From: Hyphochytrium catenoides
Lineage: Eukaryota > Protista > Hyphochytriomycota
Assembly (NCBI GenBank): GCA_900088475.1
Contig: FLMG01002207.1
Location: 1-37,557, forward strand
Direction of reading: 5' to 3'
DNA length: 37,557 nucleotides
The notes under the pieces were generated by a model, which was not told the DNA's origin, did not search any database, and saw nothing but the letters and a program-made list of their open reading frames with translations. The translations under genes and the position numbers were made by a program. Shown in pieces: positions 33,241 to 37,557 of this stretch (positions are counted from its first letter, which is position 1; every line of letters starts with the position of its first letter).

Positions 33241-34212
33241 GGCTTGGCTGGTGGCGGACAACCTGACACCTTTCGAGCAGAGACACTAGAGTTGGGAATA
33301 AAGGCTGGTATATTCGCGATATACCCTTTCAACGTCAACTAGATGATGGATAAAGACTGAATCAAGGCTGTCCTATTTTATTCGCTTAAGCGAAGTGAGT
33401 TTATTAACACCGTAACAATTTAGACTATGGACAGCTATCCTAGCCCTTAGTCGAAAGGGAGGTTTTTGGACCTATGGACCTACATTTATCGTAATCTTGC
33501 TGTTAGAATGAAGGTCAGAGAACTCAAACAAAGATGAAGATTCGCAAGGCAATTCAGAGATCTGAGCGGGCACGCGACGCAATGACAGTGGCTTCTTATA
33601 CTGGTAGCTCCTTGTAGGATCATGGGGTCTATGCCTCACCAGGACAGAGGAGCAGCAATGGCCTCCTTATTCTGCTACTTTCAAAGGAGAACTTCTCATC
33701 AACCATGAAGGACTTTGATCAGGAAGACGCCAAATGTTCATCTTTCTCGGTTGCATTAGGGTTCAGGAGTCTCTGAGTGACTAAAGTCACTGAGTCTTTC
33801 CTCATATTTCCTGTCTAGAATGTTGTCAGATTGTTCCTCCTTCGGTCGCCAGCCATCGCGAACACTATCATCCTTTCATGGTAGGAGCAATTGGTCATTC
33901 AACTGTGCCAACAGAGTGGCGGATGACTTGTAGGGCATTTTGCTCCTCCTCGTCGAGCCACGTAAATTGGACAATCCTAGTAGACTTTGCAAGAGATGGA
34001 GTGACATCGAGAGGAGTAGAAGTCGGAGTTGACAGTGAGAGACAGGTCGACTAGAAGATGCGAAAGGACTAGCCTCGCTCAGTCTTTGCCTCTGTTTCTG
34101 TGGAGCCCAGGTTTCTCTATTCTCAACCCCTCTCTTCTTTACCATCCATTCAACGCACAGGCTTCTGCAATTGTTTCAAGGCATTCCAGGTGCCAAAAAA
34201 AGACCAAGATTG

Positions 34213-37200
34213 TCATTCTAGACAGTCTTTCAGAGCGCCTAGCTCATCTGACATGTCCTGCACCATCTGCTTTCTTCTGTCTAGAAACTTCACCACAGAA
34301 TCCAAGTACTGGATGACCTGAACGGAGGTGTCAGAGTAGCACAGGTCTTTCTTGGATTATCTAAGCTTTGTCTTTCTAAGAGCTATCAGAGCGTCCCTTC
34401 CTAACTCAGCCCATTGTGCTGACCCCTGCCTCTCCTCCGTCGACTGCCGTCTTACCTTTTCTTCCGGTACATCTCTATTCAGCTCTGCCTCGAAAGCGGT
34501 AAGCGTTCCCATCTCCTCCCGTACAACTTCTAGTAACTACCAGGCGAAGGCAACCAAAGAACGTCAACGTGAGCTTGCGCAAGGAGAGAGACAGGGAGTA
34601 GGAAAGCATACTGCGAGACATCAGGGAAGAGAGGCAGGCTTGGAAGAGAAAGGAGTTCGCTTTCTACCCAGAGCTAACTATAAAAAGGCAGCACCATTCC
34701 CGCCCATAGCTCATTCTCCTCTAGCATGGTGTCCTTATCTTACTTCGTCTATATGTAGCTGGTGAGCTTTCAGCAGCTCCGAGCCGAATCTCTTCAATGA
34801 GACAGAAAGTGACTGCGCATCTTTCGCGCCAAGGAGAGCTGAGTACAGAGAAGAAACTAAGTACACGCATATAAACAGCAGTCGGGTAGGTGAGACCTGA
34901 GAGCTGACCGGCACAGCATGCATAGGGGAGAATTTAGGGAGATTTGTCGGCAAACTCAAGGGAGCAGCGCTGGACATATAGGTAAGGCGTGTGACATGAC
35001 CAAACCTGGAATAGCTGCCGATATGGAGCCATGGCGCGAACTTTTTCGCGAAATCCCAGTAGGAGTAGAGGCGCTCGTCGAGGTCCTAATCGTGCTGCGC
35101 CTCGGCGTCGACCTTGATGCCGATGGAGACGGGGAAGCATAAGAGTAGGAAGAAGAGGCGTGGGAAGGTGTAGAGAGGCGATGACTGCCGCTTGCCGGAC
35201 GAGGGGGCGACGGTGGCCCGGACGTGCGGTTAGGAGAGCGCGAATGTGGAGACTTTGTGGCCTGAGAAGCACGTCCCGGAGACCCTGCTGACGATATTCT
35301 GTGGAACAAGCAGGGGAGGAAAGTCTGTGAACCTTCGATTGAGATTTTAATTCAATGCCGGAAGAGACGAAAGAACAGTTTGACAGCAACAAGAAGAAGT
35401 TGAGGCCCCTTGCTTTCTTACCTCCGACTCTCATTTGCGGGCGCTTTTAAAGTGCTCATAGTAGGAGTGGAGGGAGGAACTGGTGCAGTTCGCGCTGGCG
35501 TAATCTGTAGAACAGATGCCGGGTTAGCTGTTTAAATAGGTGCTTTGGAGCTTGCAGAAGAAAGAGTGAGCTGCAGAAAGTAGGTAATGTCGCAGAGACA
35601 TATCCTTCTTCCCGCGGACGTACCATGCTCAGTTTCACGAAAAGTCCACGCTTCTCTCCTGTCTGAAAATACCTCCGCCCCTTNNNNNNNNNNNNNNNNN
35701 NNNNNNNNNNNNNNNNNNNATTCTTTCCCAGCGGCTCCAGCAGCTCTACGCCTATCCAGTAGCCCGTAGCGAACGAGGTTTCCCCTGAAAGTCAAAGTTA
35801 GACAGGAAAGTCAAAGTTAGAGAGGAAAAAGAGCCAACAGGCTCCCTGATACTACTACTGTCAGGGCCATGGCTGGATCAAGCCAAAATTACAGGCGCTA
35901 GTCGAAGAAAGTATAAGATAGCCAGTAATCGTGGCCCAATGATGGTTGAAAGCAGCAAGAGAGACCTGCATAGCGGATGAATCCAATCAGGCTCTCCTCG
36001 CGGTCTGGCTGTCTGATTAGCACCCTTGATCCCAAAGCCACTCTGTTACCGTTGGGCAGGGCTATGTCTGCGCCTTCGACCGAAGTCGAAGTAGCAGGGG
36101 AGGGCGTGGGGTGTGTTCTTGGGTGGTCGCCTTTGTACTCGTCGCTATCAGTAATCTCGAGGTCGTCTAGAGCCTCTATCATCTGTGAGGCAGTATAGTC
36201 GTTAGGTGTGAGGATGATGCCCTTCGAGAACCTCAGTGTACGTAACATGGGCAAAGGGTGATTGTGCAGCAGGTATAAGAGAAAGACGAAAAGGACGAGG
36301 GTTGCGTGGCAGACGGAGGGAGAGAACAGATAACCATGCTGCCATAGCGAGCTTCTCAGATTCGAAAGTGCTCCATTATTCTTCATTGGCAAGGGAAGCT
36401 TACCACATCATCGAGTCCATACTCGCTCGCAGTGGCAATGCTCTCATTATCTGCAGATGGGACATGAAAAAAAAGACGAGGTCAGCAACAAGTCCACGCT
36501 GGTAAGAAGAGGAGGGAAGAGAGAGAAACTATAGACAAAGCATCCATGTACCGACGCTTGCTAGGTCACTAACCTGCGAAGGAGACTTTGGCCTGCGACA
36601 GAGCTGCAATTTGAGGGTTAGCGGTAAGATAAACCCGCGAGAAGATGTCAGACGGTTTACTCTAGCTGGCTAGCCGTACTTATCCCTATCAGCCAGGGGC
36701 TTGACCCTCTCTTTGCTATTCTTCCCTTCTCTCCCTGATATCCTTATCCTACCGTTGCCGTCTCCTACAATCTGACCCCTCCATTCGTTCACAACTCCTC
36801 CAATACCCGGGGCCCCCTACTCGGCGGTTGAGCTCAAACTCTGTCGCAGGTTCCATGTGCGCCATTTGGCTCTTTGTTTGGACTTCCTCTCCACTCACCT
36901 TGTTGCACCTCCTGCGGCATATGCTGCAGTAACTTTTGAGTCCGGATGTCACTCTTCTTCAGCACTTTTTCCGCTCTGTCTGGGAAAACCTCATGGAAAG
37001 CCCAATAGAGCAACCTTGAGGTGTGACGAGCCTTAGATGAGGCATCGTCCAAACCGGACTGCAAAATGTAGAATAGACTTGGTTAATACGGCTGAGTCAG
37101 AGGTAAGAAGGAGCTCAACACAATCAAGGCCAAACCAACCAGTTTACGGTGCGAAGAAGGGTAACCTAGAGCCCTCAGGACTTAGGCCTCAAAGGAAGGT

Positions 37201-37405
37201 CCGGGGTAAGCACCTGAGCTTTGTCGCTATCCCGGGTGCAGACAAGCACGGAAAGAGCGATTGAAGAAAAGGTAGCAGTGGACAGCAGGAGTGACCGCTT
37301 ACCTCTAAAGCTGCTTGGAAAGCTGCTGCATACTTATCTAAGCCGCTCCAGTGCACGAGAATGCAGTAGAGGTACTCGATTGCGCTCTCCCGTATTTCTT
37401 TGTTT
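34213..37405 (-). CDS. 3' part of a gene for a CLASP-type TOG/HEAT domain + CAP-Gly + kinesin-13-like C-terminal helical domain protein (5' exons beyond the window)
   Basis: Phase-consistent exons: 37405-37303, 37058-36899, 36603-36574, 36450-36404, 36182-35966, 35784-35624, 35504-35422, 35298-35006, 34838-34744, 34536-34456, 34317-34213 (stop). TOG end: NKEIRESAIEYL..ILVHW..ALESGLDDASSKARHTSRLLYWAFHEVFPDRA. CAP-Gly: [34 protein letters not shown][gap]KGRRYF..GLFVK. Confidence 0.88.
35684..35719. other. 36-N gap inside the CAP-Gly exon
   Basis: Seen directly. It interrupts the GKN(DG..)KGRRYF motif. Confidence 0.97.
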
Positions 37406-37489
37406 CTAGACAAGGTCACGTAGCACAACCCTTTAGATAATACGGAGCAAGAGAGCAAGGAGAGGCAGACAGACAAGGAGACATACAAA

Positions 37490-37495
37490 CAAACA

Positions 37496-37547
<52 letters not shown>

Positions 37548-37557
37548 TGAAGAGAGA
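37490..37557. repeat. Compound (AC)n(AG)n microsatellite, intronic
   Basis: Seen directly. Confidence 0.95.

Noticed and set aside
34260-34300. Suspected frameshift in the last exon of the TOG/CAP-Gly gene
   Set aside because: Re-reading shows the frame is intact (LDSVVKFLDRRK).
22434-37405. Two microtubule-related genes flanking GMP synthase as a functional cluster
   Set aside because: There is no evidence beyond proximity; it would need conserved synteny or co-expression.

Overview
Eukaryotic genomic DNA with GT-AG introns, abundant AG/CT/GCAG low-complexity tracts and two N gaps. The lineage is probably a stramenopile, inferred from the YR style, the 'LR..RRLQ' propeptides and the TOG+CAP-Gly protein. 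The left half (1-22 kb) is accessory or decayed. It holds a dead non-LTR retrotransposon (APE+RT) whose RT stops just after its ADD motif and runs, on the same strand, into the catalytic half of a DIRS/Ngaro-type tyrosine recombinase that the ORF track does not show. It also holds a stand-alone retropepsin broken exactly at its DTG site, an intronless secreted Cys-repeat protein, and a small secreted protein with an RxLR-dEER-like 'FLRREERRLQ' motif. The right half is gene dense. It has an 11-exon ~1863 aa protein with an isolated dynein-type microtubule-binding domain and a long disordered tail bearing AKAP-like helices, a 7-exon GMP synthase, and the 3' part of a gene combining a CLASP-type TOG domain, a CAP-Gly domain and a kinesin-13-like C-terminal domain. 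All domain calls come from motif recognition by eye; no searches were run.
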